Part shown: one piece after another, positions 26,693 to 27,481 of the stretch
Layout of the letters: every line of letters starts with the position of its first letter
Position numbering within the stretch: position 1 is the first letter of the stretch
IMG/VR virus record: IMGVR_UViG_3300044454_000013
Span: 1 to 27,481 of that record
DNA from: a virus
Lineage: Duplodnaviria; Caudoviricetes
Reading direction: 5' to 3' (one strand)
DNA length: 27,481 nucleotides
Notes under the pieces: generated by a model
Databases searched by the model: none
What the model saw: the letters and a program-made list of their open reading frames with translations, nothing else
What the model was told of the DNA's origin: nothing
Program-made: the position numbers and the translations under genes

Positions 26693-27207
26693 TTAAATCG
26701 AATACCGAAAAAGAGAATCAAGGAATTGTAGCTTCTAACGCCCCATCGAAGCCTTTGTATGCCATTTTCACTGTGAGTGCTGTTTTGGGAATTTCGGGTT
26801 GGCTCTTCTTGATGGGGCTTTATATTTTCTGGATGCTTGAGTCTGACCCGACCCCAAGCATTCAAGAGCCTATTCCGGTTTTGAACGTAAACAATTCTGT
26901 GGCTATTGGCGATGCCTTGCTCATGGAATTTGAGGTTATCAAGCTTGAAGAAATTCAGCCCGTTAGTGCCGCCAGATTCCTAGAGTGTGAGTCCGGAAAT
27001 CTGGTAACACTAACTGCGGCGGCAATTACGTTACCTGTTGGCGAATACACCATCATTTCAAATGATATTACAATTCCAGCTAAGGTAGCTCCTGGCGATA
27101 AGTGCATCTTTGTTATTGAGGTGACTTATCAGATTAATCCACTGAAACAAGACACTAATCGTTTCCAGTCTGAAACATTCACAGTTCTTCCTGCAACAAA
27201 GAAGTGA
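26689..27207 (+). CDS. Membrane-anchored protein with one N-terminal TM and a beta-rich domain
   Basis: ATGA overlap; TM LYAIFTVSAVLGISGWLFLMGLYIFW; two Cys in the soluble domain. Confidence 0.7.
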   Translation: MIKSNTEKENQGIVASNAPSKPLYAIFTVSAVLGISGWLFLMGLYIFWMLESDPTPSIQEPIPVLNVNNSVAIGDALLMEFEVIKLEEIQPVSAARFLECESGNLVTLTAAAITLPVGEYTIISNDITIPAKVAPGDKCIFVIEVTYQINPLKQDTNRFQSETFTVLPATKK

Positions 27208-27216
27208 GGTACCAGT

Positions 27217-27481
27217 ATGACGAATCCCAATCCTGAGCCAGAGAACGTGGTCCGCGATCATTTCTTGAGCAGCCAGGCATATGACACTATCAAGTGGTTG
27301 GCCCTGATCGGATTTCCTGCTCTTGGTTCACTATATTTTGCTTTGGCTGGTATTTGGGGTTTGCCCAATGCCGAACAGGTTGTCGGAACGATTGTAGTTG
27401 TTGACACCTTCCTTGGTGCTCTGCTGAGCTTCTCATCAAAGTCCTACAACGCTAGCGAGGCCAAGTATGACGGCTCGATCG
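27217..27481 (+). CDS. Holin (Dp-1 family-like), truncated by the window end
   Basis: Manual translation, not in the ORF track: MTNPNPEPENVVRDHFLSSQAYDTIKWLALIGFPALGSLYFALAGIWGLPNAEQVVGTIVVVDTFLGALLSFSSKSY...; GAGG RBS. Confidence 0.85.
   Translation, partial: MTNPNPEPENVVRDHFLSSQAYDTIKWLALIGFPALGSLYFALAGIWGLPNAEQVVGTIVVVDTFLGALLSFSSKSYNASEAKYDGSI

Noticed and set aside
1-27481. tRNAs, terminators, promoters, integrase/att sites
   Set aside because: Intergenic gaps are under ~30 nt and I saw no convincing hairpin-U tract, cloverleaf or recombinase by eye. Prophage versus free phage cannot be decided from this window.

Overview
Virion morphogenesis and start of the lysis region of a long-tailed dsDNA phage (siphovirus-like, probably infecting Actinobacteria). 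All real genes are on the + strand, tightly packed, with ATGA/GTGA overlaps and AGGAGG-type RBSs. Gene order: adhesin/fibre-like genes (a 941-aa protein with 22 tandem ~20-aa repeats, a CBM5/12-type protein), large terminase, portal, a basic protein, prohead protease-major capsid fusion, head-tail proteins, major tail protein, chaperone-like protein, two extra [tail-tube paralogue + fibre] modules, neck protein, 1732-aa tape measure, distal tail, hub, two membrane proteins and a truncated Dp-1-type holin. From memory, this layout resembles the ReqiPepy6/Poco6-like actinophages and Lactococcus 1706-like phages; this was not checked by search. Most interesting: ORFs around the terminase share an N-terminal tag (LA[H/Q][F/Y]GV[K/R]GxxWGV) fused to unrelated C-terminal domains: a papain-fold toxin-like domain with an overlapping immunity-like ORF, a possible ADP-ribosyltransferase-like domain, and a basic domain. 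A similar xxH motif recurs through the protease-capsid linker. Together these suggest a cassette of capsid-packaged, protease-processed polymorphic effectors. All product calls come from motif recognition and synteny, with no database search.
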